From Antedon mediterranea (Eukaryota > Animalia > Echinodermata), in NCBI RefSeq assembly GCF_964355755.1, contig NC_092670.1, positions 8,670,201 through 8,734,200 on the forward strand: a stretch of DNA of 64,000 bases. Direction: 5' to 3'. Numbering within the stretch: the stretch's first letter is position 1; each line of letters starts with the position of its first letter. Shown here piece after piece: positions 1 through 11,854 of the stretch. The position numbers were made by a program, and so were the translations under genes. The notes beneath the pieces were generated by a model. It had not been told where the DNA came from, did not search any database, and saw nothing but the letters and a program-made list of their open reading frames with translations.

Positions 1-412
1 ACCATAGAATGTGACCCGAGGCATGACTAACTACGACTTTTAGATGATAGAAAGTTGAGAAAAATTGTTACGAGTAGTTGTACGACATGAAGATGTTTAT
101 GAAATTATGTTAAAGATGTAAAAACATATACATTAGGCATATAAACAGTAATGTGTGTTAGTAAAAATAATAATATTATGTAAAAAAGATATAAGGAAGA
201 AAAGCAAAGAGATTATGGAGCGGCTGTACCTGAATATACAATATAAATATTGTAAGGTTAAAAACTAGAAATTTAGGCGATCTTGTCAAAGGTCAAGCGC
301 CTTCAGCCTGCCACGTTTCGATATTCAATATTGAACTTAAACGTTTCCTATGACTAAAACTTAACGAACCAATTATACAAATTATACATTCTAAACCACT
401 GTCTACACTATC

Positions 413-507
413 AAACTTTATGTGAAAAAATTTGATATGCCCAAATATGGTAGTGATATCATCGTGTCCATATTTGGGCACATCACATTTTTTTGTCACA
501 TAAAGTT
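413..507. repeat. Short hairpin/MITE-like palindrome, right side overwritten by a LINE fragment
   Basis: Inverted arms aaactttatgtg..tgcccaaatatgg and ccatatttgggca..cacataaagttt. Also present at ~54421-54515. Confidence 0.6.
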
Positions 508-880
508 TTTTGATCTTGTTTTTTTGTATAAATGTATTAATTCTTTATTTGACTGTAACTTAGTTAGTAATTTTTATCTTAGAGTCCCTAGTCATCGTCT
601 TAGAAGAAATTCTACTTTTCATATTCCTTTTAGTAGAGTAAATGTTTTAAAAAATGGTTTTATTAGTAGATTAAGTCAAACTTATAATTCTTTTACTTTA
701 AGAAACCCTGAGTTAGATATCTTTAGTAATAATTTCGTAAGTTTCGTAACATTGTTAGTAGTTTAGTTTAATGTTTTTTTTTTGTATGTGTTCGTGTTGT
801 CTGTGTTCCCTCCTGTAAGTGGTGAACCATGAGCTCACTGTTGGTTGGGAAATGAATAAATAAAAAATAAAATAAAAATA
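505..880 (+). mobile_element. 3' fragment of a non-LTR retrotransposon (CR1/L2 group) with A-rich tail
   Basis: Peptide DLVFLYKCINSL..RLRRNSTFHIPFSRVNVLKNGFISRLSQTYN resembles LINE ORF2 C-termini. It ends in an aataaataaaaaataaaataaaaat tail and is duplicated at ~54515-54890. Confidence 0.7.
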
Positions 881-1212
881 GTCTAGACAGAGCTTAAGGA
901 AACGCCTTGTCACTGTAAAAAAAAATCCAATAGCCCTTTCTAAGTATTTGTCATTTAATAAAAGACCAACTTATCCCAAGTTTCACAATTTTATTTAAAG
1001 GTATAGTGTCTTTTACCTCTTAATTAAATAAAAATAATGCAATTCCGTTTTTCAACAATTTTTTTTTGTTTAAAGCCATTATTTTGACTAACTCTGGCGC
1101 TCCTAAAATGTAGTTTACCGCTTTATCATATCCCCTCTTTGTAATAATAGTAATACGATTTTGCATTTGTGATTATTTCTGAAAACTGATCCCACTTTAT
1201 CTAAATTACCCT

Positions 1213-1424
1213 TGAGCGTAGTTCCCACTAGCGATGCAACGTAACGCAAACGACGCAACCTAAGAAAATGCCCTTCCAATAATTTTGTTTGCCCCCGCCT
1301 GCGTGAAATCAAACCTGTGATTTTTGCAGCACTGTTGCATCGTTGGTTCCCACTTGTGATTACGCAATACAGCACTTTGCGTCAATACTTCGTTGCGTTG
1401 CGTTCTAGTGAGAACCACGCTTTA
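1213..1424. mobile_element. MITE with imperfect TIRs (Harbinger/Tourist-like)
   Basis: Left end agcgtagttcccactagcgatgcaacgtaacg versus right end cgttgcgttgcgttctagtgagaaccacgct. Duplicated at ~55224-55435. Confidence 0.55.
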
Positions 1425-1437
1425 GGGCAAATGTTAA

Positions 1438-1850
1438 TACAATGCAATTATTATGCACTAATTATTGCTATATATGCACACATTATTGTGGTAGTATCAT
1501 CTTATGGGGTCATAGTAAGCATTTATGTCACAAAACTAAGCGGTCCAAATTTTGATATTTTTAGAAAAATGTTCAAATTTCCGATTTTCAATTATTATGC
1601 ACTAATATTGCCATATATGTACATATATTTGTTAGTATCATCTTATAAGCTCATAGTAATCATTTATTTCACAAAATAAAAGTTTAGAAATTTGTACTAG
1701 GCCTATAGTACAAGCATTTTTTCAAAAAAGGGGCAAAATTCCGACTTTTTAAAATGCAATTATTATGCACTAATTATTGTGATATACGCATCTGTATTGT
1801 GTTAGTATCATTTTATGTAATCACAGTAAGCATTTATGTTAAATAATAAA
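1438..1850. repeat. Degenerate ~155-bp tandem repeat, about 3 units
   Basis: caattattatgcactaat...gtatcat recurs at ~1445, ~1589 and ~1757. Confidence 0.6.
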
Positions 1851-2552
1851 ATGGTAGAAATTCGTACATCAATTCCTGTACTAAGTACAGGGTTTTTTTT
1901 TAAATGGGCAAAATTGCGGAGTTTTAACAAATATAACAATGATATACTTTTATTCAAAATATTTGGCTTGTATTTAGACAATATTGTACATTTATATTCG
2001 GGAAATATGGACACGGTCACAAGATGAGGTAGTAATACACGATTTAGTGTAACAAAGTGAGTTGCTAACTGAAGTAACACCTACATTGCAAACGTATAAA
2101 TAATAATTGCCCTGTCTAACGACGACTTTTATATAACGAGTTCAGAAGGAGAAGAATGTTCACGACTTTAATTTATTTCAACAAAAATCAAAATTGTGTA
2201 TAATATAATATTAAATAGGCATACAATATATAAAATAAAAGTATATACACAAATAAGAAAGAAGTTTAATCTTCAATTGAATGACCATTAAGTGAAGGAC
2301 AGTCAGATAAGTTTAAATATTTAAAAGTTTTCCAATAAATATAAACATATCAAATAATACTAAAAAAAAAACAATTTTAAAAACGTTTTTTTTTTCTAAA
2401 TAAACATTCAAGTAGGCGTATTGCTATTTTAATTATCTAATCTAGATGATACATGTTTCTTATAATTAACTTCAAGTGTACATTGAATATGCAGTTAATG
2501 TTATCGTCAATAGAAGTTAGTAACTTAGCTCCATAGTAGCTTCACATACTAC

Positions 2553-2764
2553 TTAAATGGTACCATTGCATACCATTTTCATAACCTGCATTAGACCTAA
2601 TAAACTTTCAATAATGGTTTTCAACATGTACACATCACTGTGTATTAGTTGAATTAAATTCATACCATTTACGAAATGAGAAGCGGCGTATGTATTGCCA
2701 TTTGTAAGTGCCACTCTTGCCATTATATAGAACAAAATTACTTCTAACGTAAACGTAACGTTAA
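2553..2764 (-). pseudogene. Orphaned original C-terminal ~70 codons of cGLR copy 1, cut off by the SINE
   Basis: Encodes VTFTLEVILFYIMARVALTNGNTY...MVCNGTI*, which matches the contiguous C-terminus of copy 2 (ORF 56538-57263). Confidence 0.9.
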
Positions 2765-2770
2765 CGTTAT

Positions 2771-3144
2771 TTTTATTTATTTTATTTTATTTTATTTTAT
2801 TTTATGTCTTTAGGCAATGTGGCCAAGGATTACCAATAGTGAATTAATCACTGTCCTATCAGATAGGTGGTAATCCCCCTGATACAGGGGCTATTGTGTG
2901 AACCAGTTCACCGGGGTAACCCCCTACTCTTTTTCGAATAATGAACTGGGTTCTTTAAAGTACACACAGGTTATAACTGTGTACACTGGACCTACGGTTT
3001 ATAGTCCTTATCCGAGAAGACTTGTTCCACCACCAGAACTAGGAGCGAGTCGGCCTCGAACCCTTGCCGATGTTGTTATTGGCTCTTTAGGTACGGTAAA
3101 CGGCGCCCCTGCCTTAACCGCTCGGCCATATGACTCGCTATAAC
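2771..3144 (-). mobile_element. tRNA-derived SINE inserted in the cGLR coding exon
   Basis: Minus-strand A box TGGCCGAGCGG (3118-3128), B box GGTTCGAGGCC (3052-3062) and (AAAAT)n tail at 2771-2804. Flanked by cgttat direct repeats (2765-2770, 3145-3150). Absent at the homologous site in copy 2 (~56745). Confidence 0.92.
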
Positions 3145-5023
3145 CGTTATGACCTTTAGTAACGTATTGAAATAAACCATCAATTTCCCATGACCTATAA
3201 ATCAAATCTCTACGATCGGCTATTTCTATTTCCATGAGAGAAATGTTTGGATGTCTGTGTACCTGCAAAGTAGTACGAACATCTTCAATAGCCTCTTTTA
3301 AATCGATATCATTACCCATTAAGTAGTGGAATTTTACCAAGAGAGCACGCATTCCTAAGAAATTGTCACCTTTTCTGTTGGGGTAGACCATTTCACCTCC
3401 TGTACTGTAGTAATTCAAGGCCTTCTTTTGATACTTCCTCAGTTCTTTCAGTGGACATTTATTTCGTAAGCACGCTAGTACAGACGTGATTAAGTCCCCT
3501 AAAAGCTGATACAATGTTGTTCTAAACACTTTATCATATCCCTTCACTACAATGGATTTAATATCCCTAATAATTGGTAACAAGATGGATTCTGTATTTC
3601 TGATAATTTCTGTAATGGAAACATTGTTGTTCAGCCAGCAAAGGACTTTGCAAGAGATTAGCCCCATATCAAAGAAAAAACATTTTAATGTACTGATATC
3701 TTGTTTCAACTTCAAACGATTTCGGAACTCTGTAAGACATGTTGAAGCCATTGGATGATTCAAAAGATCAGCCTTAAACTTGAAGTAGTCACCACTTTCA
3801 TGTACGTCTACAATATTTAGTTTAACACATATCTCACGGCTGATGTCACCTGTTAAAGATACTTCGCCACCTGCAATACCTGACATCACCATCACCCAAA
3901 GATCGTGTTTAGTTGCTGTCAATGTTTTACTCACGTCGTCACAAAGTTCATCCGATAAATGACCAATTAAATTTTGCTGTGGAATAAAGTAGTGTGGCAA
4001 ATATCTCTTCTGATAGCAATTAATCAGCCAATCTAGGACTTGTCTGATTAAATCCATGGTGTTGTCAGATGAAATAGTTTCACACATCCATAGGCAAGCA
4101 GTCTTGATGAAATACGAACAGAATGGTGTAGGTTCTTGAGACTCAAACAGTTTGCGTCTTTTCTTGATAGCTTTCAAAGCAAACATGCAGCCAGAAAATG
4201 GTTCCGGCATTTCTTGAATGAGCTTTCTCTCTGCAACAGAAAATGACAATCGCCATTCACTGTCTTTTGTGTCACTATCATGACGTCCAACGGGAACTAC
4301 AAGACATTCTAGATTTGAGATATTGTTCAATAACTCCTGTGATGGCCATTTACTTGCCCTCTGCCTTGTAAAAAAGTTGTCAGTAATAGGTGGCCATGAC
4401 TGGCATGATAAGCAATGCACTAAATCACTTGATAGGTCAGATGCTGTAGACGGCTGTTGTAGTGATGGTCCGTGTATTTCAGCTCCAGAATAATGTACAT
4501 CCTCATAAACACAGTTACTCTCCAAAAAATCTTTATAGCTAGTGTTCCAGTAACCATCAGATGAAGGTAAATCCATTGTTCTTATAGCATATTCCTTCAA
4601 AGTACTATTCTTCAAAAAGCCATTTTCATCAATGAAACTGCCGCTTTCATCGTCAAACACTTTAAAACTTTCTTGAATGTTCTTTTCATCCAATACTTTA
4701 AGTTTCAAATATGCTGGTTCATTTTTATACAGTTCCGCTATAACACTCACTTCTGTGCTGATTGGTTCTTTTTCCTTTGGATGTTGCCAACACACTGTCG
4801 CAGAAGATAACACAGCCATCATGTCTACATCACCCAAAATGTATTTAGGCATTCCTTCGCAGAAACTCCCACTGGTATACATTCGTTTAATTATTTGGTT
4901 TTTCTCTGTATTGTTATATATCTCTTCAAAAATCATTGAATAAGATATTTGAGCCAATCTTTCAAATGTTGTACATGCAATTACCTCATTTGCAAACTCA
5001 TCCATCACTAGTCTCGTGTTCAT
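3008..5023 (-). CDS. Mab-21 domain / cGAS-like receptor (cGLR) nucleotidyltransferase, copy 1; last ~46 aa are SINE-derived
   Basis: Motifs YTSGSFCEG...GDVDMM (GS plus DxD), SDLVHCLSCQSWP (third Asp), CLVVPVG, EWRLSFSVAERKL, SYFIKTACLW and LPHYFIPQQNLI. First in-frame ATG at 5023; splice acceptor ttttgcag upstream, with AG at 5080-5079. Confidence 0.92.
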   Translation of the reverse strand: MNTRLVMDEFANEVIACTTFERLAQISYSMIFEEIYNNTEKNQIIKRMYTSGSFCEGMPKYILGDVDMMAVLSSATVCWQHPKEKEPISTEVSVIAELYKNEPAYLKLKVLDEKNIQESFKVFDDESGSFIDENGFLKNSTLKEYAIRTMDLPSSDGYWNTSYKDFLESNCVYEDVHYSGAEIHGPSLQQPSTASDLSSDLVHCLSCQSWPPITDNFFTRQRASKWPSQELLNNISNLECLVVPVGRHDSDTKDSEWRLSFSVAERKLIQEMPEPFSGCMFALKAIKKRRKLFESQEPTPFCSYFIKTACLWMCETISSDNTMDLIRQVLDWLINCYQKRYLPHYFIPQQNLIGHLSDELCDDVSKTLTATKHDLWVMVMSGIAGGEVSLTGDISREICVKLNIVDVHESGDYFKFKADLLNHPMASTCLTEFRNRLKLKQDISTLKCFFFDMGLISCKVLCWLNNNVSITEIIRNTESILLPIIRDIKSIVVKGYDKVFRTTLYQLLGDLITSVLACLRNKCPLKELRKYQKKALNYYSTGGEMVYPNRKGDNFLGMRALLVKFHYLMGNDIDLKEAIEDVRTTLQVHRHPNISLMEIEIADRRDLIYRSWEIDGLFQYVTKGHNGYSESYGRAVKAGAPFTVPKEPITTSARVRGRLAPSSGGGTSLLG

Positions 5024-6596
5024 ATTTCCCGCTGTCACAGTATAATTTTGTTCACAATTGTTTTACTTAAACATGCACCTGCAAAATAAACAGTAAACAA
5101 ATGTATAATGTACAATGTAGGCACGTTTGATATAGCACAATAGAACAAAGTTTCAATATATGCCATATTCATGTATGATGACCTGGATTTGTTTAATGGA
5201 CCGTTACAAAAATAGCTTTTTATCTGCTTTTAACAACACAAACTCGGTGTGTTAAAAATGAAACTGGGTATTGTGTATTTGATACTATTGTTCAGGTTCA
5301 CATTGATAGGAATTTGTTTCTGGTTTATTATTAAAACGTATACTGTAGTTATGAATTACTAACGACCAAATTGTTAGCAAGATTGTTGATCGGCTATTAG
5401 TGTGGCCTAGGAACTCAAGTTCCCATTGTCCATTGTTGTCGATTTTCAGGTTCTGTAAAATCGGAGCTAATAATAAGATTTAAACAGCAAACTTTTGATT
5501 GACCAATTTATTTAATGTTTTTATTTCGAGAAAGGTATAATGTTATACAATATAAAAAAAAAGTGTTTCAGGTTATGGTTATTGTCACATTGAAAAATCA
5601 GATGTTATAGGCCTATATTATATCTCCCTACTATGTGATTGAAAAGAAACACAGACTGTTGCTATGTATTCTAACATTCAGTAATTCTAATCAATAGGAT
5701 CGTTTGTACTATCTTGAAGATGACTACTAACATATACGATATAACAAACTATTGTGGGATACATATGTGTTATCTGTTTAGGTTAGATAAAGAAAACAGA
5801 ACAGTTTTTAAAAACTAAATAATTTGTTACTTACGTCAGATTTTGTAATTTAAAAACAAATTATAAAACAGCACATATTGAGAGATAAATAAATGGCGGC
5901 AATGGGTTTTTCCAAACGAATCAATAATATGGTAATGAGAGTAGAATTACAATAATGATGTTTTGCTATATACCTGGGCGTTGATCAGAGAAGCACGTGA
6001 TAACAATCTCTAATTGTTGATTGGCCGATTTTTAAATCAATATAAAGCAATACAATAATACAGGATACAACATACTGTATAAAATAATGTAGAATAACGA
6101 ATAAACAGTCGGTGACGTGTATCCCTTCAGTAAATATGGTGAATTCAGTATACAATACAAGGATATAATATGTCTAGACGAATGCCAAATACAATAGATA
6201 GTTATTAGGCCTTTTTATTGTATCCCACAACAAATAGTGAATTGTTCAGTAGACTTGGTAATAAGGGATATTATCTGCCAATAATTGAAATATTCAATTT
6301 TTGTATTAGCATAAATGACTCCCTAGACTGGCTTACATATTGTACTATACAATACTTTTTAATGTAGTGATGAAGTTAAATTAAACTTAAACATTCTTTA
6401 ACATTTTTGTCTTTTCTTTGCTTTATTGCATCCAATCCCCCACTCTCTATACTGTATCTTAATTCAGTATTATAATATATTATTCCTATAAAAGTTATAC
6501 ATAATAATATAATAGTTACAACTTGAGAGTGACTAATAAAAATATATTATTATTATTCAAAATAACCAATATAGTAATAAGTCTGTACTTACTCTG

Positions 6597-6902
6597 TACA
6601 ATGGATTTGATATTCCCTAATGATTGGTAATAACATGGATTCTGGATTTCTGATGATTTCCGAAATGTTAACATAGCTCTTGATCAAAGGAAAGATCTTG
6701 GTAGAGATTGGCCAAATATCCTTTTGACATCCAATTGAGAAATAGCAATTTTAAGGTTACTGGTTTCAATTTATTTTTTCAGCTTTTTAATGAAGTCTTC
6801 AATGCAGCTTGTTGTCATTGGGTGCTGCTTTAAAAGATCATCTCAAATCTTGAATAGCCAATCACTTATATTTACATCTGGAACATTTAATTGATCACAT
6901 AT
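6597..6902 (-). pseudogene. Degenerate older cGLR paralog fragment (post-Mab-21 helical region)
   Basis: acaatggatttgatattccctaatgattggtaataacatggattctggatttctgatgatttc aligns to 3549-3610, and similarity continues to ..aaaagatca..cacatat (cf. 3772-3832). It contains indels and ends at the transposon junction. Confidence 0.8.
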
Positions 6903-9900
6903 GGGTGCGTCACCACGAAAGGAGCCTTGTGTCGCAAAAGCTCTATTGCTATAATTTAGCTTGGAAAGTTCGAATAGTCAATTTTGACTTTAAATAAAAT
7001 TTTATTTTTTTTTACATATTCGACATGTTCAAATATTATTACTTTACTTGTCCTTAATATTAAAACTTAATTTTGTTCCAAAATACGTAAATTTTGACGT
7101 TTTTATAGACAATGTTGTAAGATTTTGTGTGAATTCTTACGATTTCTGTCGTAAACGGCCAAAATCTACCCTATTTTTCAATCGAATTTCTCGCCTTTCC
7201 AACATAGGAAACCCGTCACAACTGTATGGTTTTAAAGCTTGAAATGTCATCTTTCAGAATATCATGAATAAACATTTATATTTTCAATCATAGTCCAATC
7301 ACAATCATTTTTTATAAAGGCTTCGGCCTTAGATACGGCCAAACAAAAGAGACTAATCGCGTCCTCTGATTGGTCAATCACATGTGAGCATGCGTAGACG
7401 TATTGTTTACTTCCTTGGTAAGCTGTTCGCACGAGGTTTACAGTGTGCTACATTATTGTCCTACTTTAATCTTATAATTTACAATCTTTTAATAAACTAT
7501 ACTATAATGCTTTAGCATCATTTGAAATTAATAGTTCGATATAAGTAATAGAAATGTCTAATTCTGATAATGAACGATCGGAAAAAGACATAGCTGACGC
7601 TTTTAAATGCTGGCCTTCTTCTTGCTAATGCCGACGATGCGGCCCTGTTCAGCGACTACATTCAGGATTTTTTTACTCATCGAGACAACGATGAGGCTGA
7701 AGAAAGTGGGGTAAGTGAAGATGAGGATGAGGATACTGAAGACTATTGGATGGAGGTAGACGAAGATTCTGACGGCGAGGATAAAGTTATTGAAAACGAA
7801 GAAGTCGTCAATGTAGACGAGATGAACCCGAGGTAATTTTCTTGATAATGACGGTGATCTTGTAAGAAAAGAGTAAGTAGGCCTAGGCTACTATTAATAC
7901 TATTATGGGAAACCTATTATTCAAAAATAGATAGGCCTCCTAAGATCTCGTCTAAATTAGAATTAACCCAAATAATAATTATTTTACTCAATATTAAACA
8001 GATTATTGTTTTATTTTATTATTATGTAGAGTTTTTGATGATTGGTCAGGCCCACTGAATAGAGACGAGGCTAGCAAAATTGAAAACTTTCAACACTGTA
8101 AATGTAGAGGAAATCCATGCATCAAAATATTTCCAACCGAGTTCATCCTAAATCACCGTGCACAAATAATGGAGATGGAAACAATCGAACGAAAAATGCT
8201 TGTAATTGGTCGAATAAGCGTCAAATATGCGCAGAGGCACAAAGACTGATTGTAGCAAGAGAAAAAATCAATTAGATCGAAAAGAAGAGCCGTATTACTT
8301 ACAAAATTGACAATATTAAATTATGTAAGCAAGGATTTCTTTTATGCATTGGTAAGTTGAGTTTATAAGGGTTTTTTTTAATTAATAATCAACAATGTTT
8401 ATTAATATTCACATAAATTGATTGATTATCATAAAAATTTGTTTTGTTAAATTTCAGTATATCGAACAAGCAACTCACTGGGATCATTAAGCATTATAAA
8501 ACTAATGGTGTTTGCCCACCAAAGAAAAAAAGTGGAGGCCGAAAGAATAACAAAAATGCTCTCAGTGAAGGTGATGTGAACCGTATTGTTCAATTTCTGC
8601 GATCAATAGGAGACACAAGATGGAATGGTGATACCAGGAAGGGTTGCAGGAAGACGAGAAGATGATCCACGTGTTCGGATTCTACCCTCAAGCATGACAA
8701 AGAAGTCTGTCCATTACAAATATGATGCGATGTTAGCCGAGGTAACAGGCGCCGTGAAGTTGCAGGTACCGTAATGTGATGATTTTTCAATTTAAAATGC
8801 TCTATAAATTTGGAATGGTAAATAAAAAGTATTTTTTTAAATGTTTTACAGATCATACAGGCTGTCGGATTGCGAAACGTACATCATTCCTAAAAATATG
8901 GAAACAGTTCATCCCGCATATCCTCATCACAAAACCAAATCAGATTTATGCTGGATCTGTCAGGCTGCTGGGAGCAAAGTATACCAATCGGCAAATGCAA
9001 ACCGAAGAAGAGAAACGCTTCAGCTGCAGCAATATATTGACCATCGCGGCATGTTGATGAGGAAAGACAACACTACCGAGACCTAGTAGCAGAAGCCAAG
9101 CAGTCCCTAACAACCAAGTCATTTCTTGGTGGTGAAAATACATATGACTTGACTGGTAGGATGCACTACAGTTTTGATTTTGCACAACAAGTGCATTACC
9201 ATTGCGATCCTCATCAGCCAGGTCCTGTGTATTTTCTTTCTACCAGAAAATGTGGACTGTTCGGAATTGCTTGCGAAGCTGTTGGTCAGCAAGTCAACTA
9301 CCTTGTTGACGAGAGTCACTGCGTCTCCAAGGGATCAAACTCTGTCATTTCGTACTTGGATGATTTTTTCAAAACACAAAGCCTACACGAAAGAGATGTA
9401 TCATTGAACTGCGACAACTGTTCAGGGCAAAATAAGAACAAATACATGCTGTGGTATCTTGCGTGGAGATGTCTTACAGGTCGGCAACGACTCTATTAGC
9501 CTACACTTTTTAGTTGCGGGTCACACAAGTTCTCTCCGGATGCTAATTTTGGTGTTTTCAAACAAAAGGTACCGAAGAAGCTTGGTGAGCAGTCTCAATG
9601 ATATCGTTAATGTAATGGAAAACAACTCCAAACAAGGCACCAACCTTGCAAGAGTAGTCGGATGGGAGGATGGTACAGTGAATGTACCAACACTTGGACT
9701 GGCAAGCATTTCTGTCAAGGTATTTCCGGCCATTGCCAGGGATCAAGTCACTGCACCACATGAGGTAATTGTGAAATTAATAAAACTATGTTTCTTCTTT
9801 TACTCAGTTTGTTTAAATACAAAATTACACCTTCCAGTTTATTAACAAACAAAATCAAATGATAATTTCAGATTCAGTAAGGATGAACCAGGCGTCATCT

Positions 9901-10836
9901 TCACTAAAGAGTTTATCGACCAAGAAGAGAAACGTTTTCAGCTTTTAAAGAACGCCAATCAGCTTCCATTGGAGAATGCGGAATAATTCCATCACCAGGT
10001 ATGACACCAGCAAGACAGTGGTACCTCTACGAAAAAAATAAGGGAGTTTTGCACTGTGGCAACTCGAGATATTGTTGCGCCTCTTCCCACTGTTCGACGA
10101 CCAAACAATCATGGTGAGGATGAATTGATACCGCAAGCGTCAAACTTCAAAATGTTGCAGAACAGTCAAATGTACCAAAAAAAGGAGAAAAGTATCAAAA
10201 AAATGAATTCTGTTACAGTTATACAGTACCATTGTAAATTTGCGAAAGAAAAATTAAATTAATATCAATTATGATATTAATATAAATTATGATATTAATA
10301 TCAATTATGATAATTAATTACTAAAAATTATGTCAATCACCTGTCAACATTGCCCTGTAAGAATTTGTATAATCATGATCTAGAAGTGAGTTATTTTAAC
10401 CGATTGTATGCTAAAAAAAATTCATAAATCAACATAATTATGTATTTTTTAATTTTTGATTTTAAATATGAAGATGACAATAAAATTGAAAGAAATTTAA
10501 AGTATAATCTTTATTCGTATTCATTCTTTAAGTGTGTTAAAATTTCATGTAAATCCATTAATATTAACTAATGGTATCCAAGGGAGAAATGTGTTTGTGG
10601 ATATTGAATAGAACCAATGTTATGGTTCCACTGAACTTCAAAGGCTGTTTTCTAATTGTTGATAATCTATGAATTCGGAAGTGCTTTGTTGAAATCGGGT
10701 CATATCTTAATTGCCTTGGAAGAAATAAAAGCAAGTTACATATTTTTGGAAAGCTTAAAGAATGGAGATTAATATTATAATAATAATTAAAAATGTTTAA
10801 TTTCAACACAAGGCTCCTTTTGTGGTGACACGACCC
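6903..10836 (+). mobile_element. Sola-superfamily DNA transposon (complete ends, decayed intron-containing transposase)
   Basis: ~30-bp TIRs gggtgcgtcaccacgaaaggagccttgtgt and acacaaggctccttttgtggtgacacgaccc. 4-bp TSD ATAT (6899-6902, 10837-10840). Confidence 0.85.
7554..10200 (+). pseudogene. Frameshifted multi-exon DDD transposase (Sola-like)
   Basis: Acidic N-terminus from ATG 7554. Motifs KSDLCWIC, YSFDFAQQVHY, PGPVYFLSTRKCGLFGI, KGSNSVISYL, CDNCSGQNKN, FLVAGHT and PDANFG are spread over several frames with gt..ag introns. Confidence 0.8.
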
Positions 10837-11700
10837 ATATGTCATTTTGGTGATGGTTCTGACACCGCTGTTCTGCTGTGACGAATCTTGTAAAGCATAG
10901 GCCTATAAAACTAACGAACGATATAGGCAAATAGGTAAGTTAGGGATGATTAGCTAAACGTTGTTCCTTATTTGACTATGAAAAGTTTCATAGCCGTACC
11001 ATAGGCTACTAGAAGTAGGACCTAGTGGCAGTGGTTTTTCAGTTCCTAAATCTGAATATACTGCTTTTAACTTTTTTTATACAGGCATAAAGGCTTGGAA
11101 TAACCTATCCATTCAGCAAATTGAAAACAAGAGTAATTTTAATAAAAATGTGCTCGACAGGTCGACGATCAAGAATGAGGCCCTATACGATACGCCTAAT
11201 AGCCATATAATAAGTTACTCGTAAACCGTAGAGTCTATGCACACTGTATTTATGAACGGCGCCCCGTACTACTAAAATCAATTAGTAAATGCAATAAATG
11301 CGCTTATTAATATTATGTAGTTGTTTGTTACGCTTGGTTAGCCTCATTGTTTATCATTTCCAAAGCATTGTTGTTACTCTTTCGTAAAAAAACAGTATGA
11401 TGATCCTGATGTAGGCTATACACGATTTTTGGTAGCTGTTATTAGCTATTCCTAGGCCAGTTTATACCTACATTTTTGTGATTATTAAACGAACGCAGAT
11501 ATCTTGAAAATCATAAAGAACTAATATACTACACGTACGGTGAGTTTTTACATTACGAACTGTGCTTTTTTATTCGGATAATAAGGAGTGGAGATTAGGC
11601 CTGTTAAGTGTTATTACAGTATAACTAGGCCTGTACACAAATTTTGTTCTGCAGAAGCCATCTTGCAGATTGTATCGTATCGTTTTATCATACAATAATA

Positions 11701-11854
11701 TGATACAACGGCTTGCCATTAATTTAGTTATATCATGGAGGTAACCTCAATGGTTATGATATAACGGAGGTTGCCTCCATGATGATACAACGGCTTGCCA
11801 TTAATTTAGTTATATCATGGAGGTTACTGTACCTCCATGATATAACTAAATTAA
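11701..11854. repeat. Duplicated small hairpin element
   Basis: Arms ttaatttagttatatcatggaggt and acctccatgatataactaaattaa (11801-11854). ~42-bp direct repeat at 11701 and 11783. Confidence 0.75.

Larger units (their letters stand above)
1..5311. repeat. Segmental duplication copy A (cGLR gene plus flanks), homologous to 54009-58838 and 63399-63424
   Basis: Position 1 accatagaatgtgacccgagg recurs at 54009. The two regions are collinear with scattered substitutions and indels through the cGLR gene and its upstream intron. Confidence 0.97.

Noticed and set aside
1115-2080. Short ORFs conserved between the two duplicates (also 55126-56080)
   Set aside because: Conservation is explained by recent duplication; they overlap a MITE and tandem repeats and have no recognisable domain.
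3050-3140. Functional tRNA gene
   Set aside because: The A and B boxes belong to a SINE head with body, tail and TSD.
3008-5038. Bacterial CBASS CD-NTase operon
   Set aside because: Motifs are of the animal Mab-21 type (WRLSFS, PHYFIP), and the surroundings have spliceosomal introns, SINEs and LINEs; there is no operon structure.
11480-11545. Possible non-coding first exon of the ankyrin gene (cg|gtgagt donor at ~11540)
   Set aside because: A single donor-like motif without transcript evidence is insufficient.
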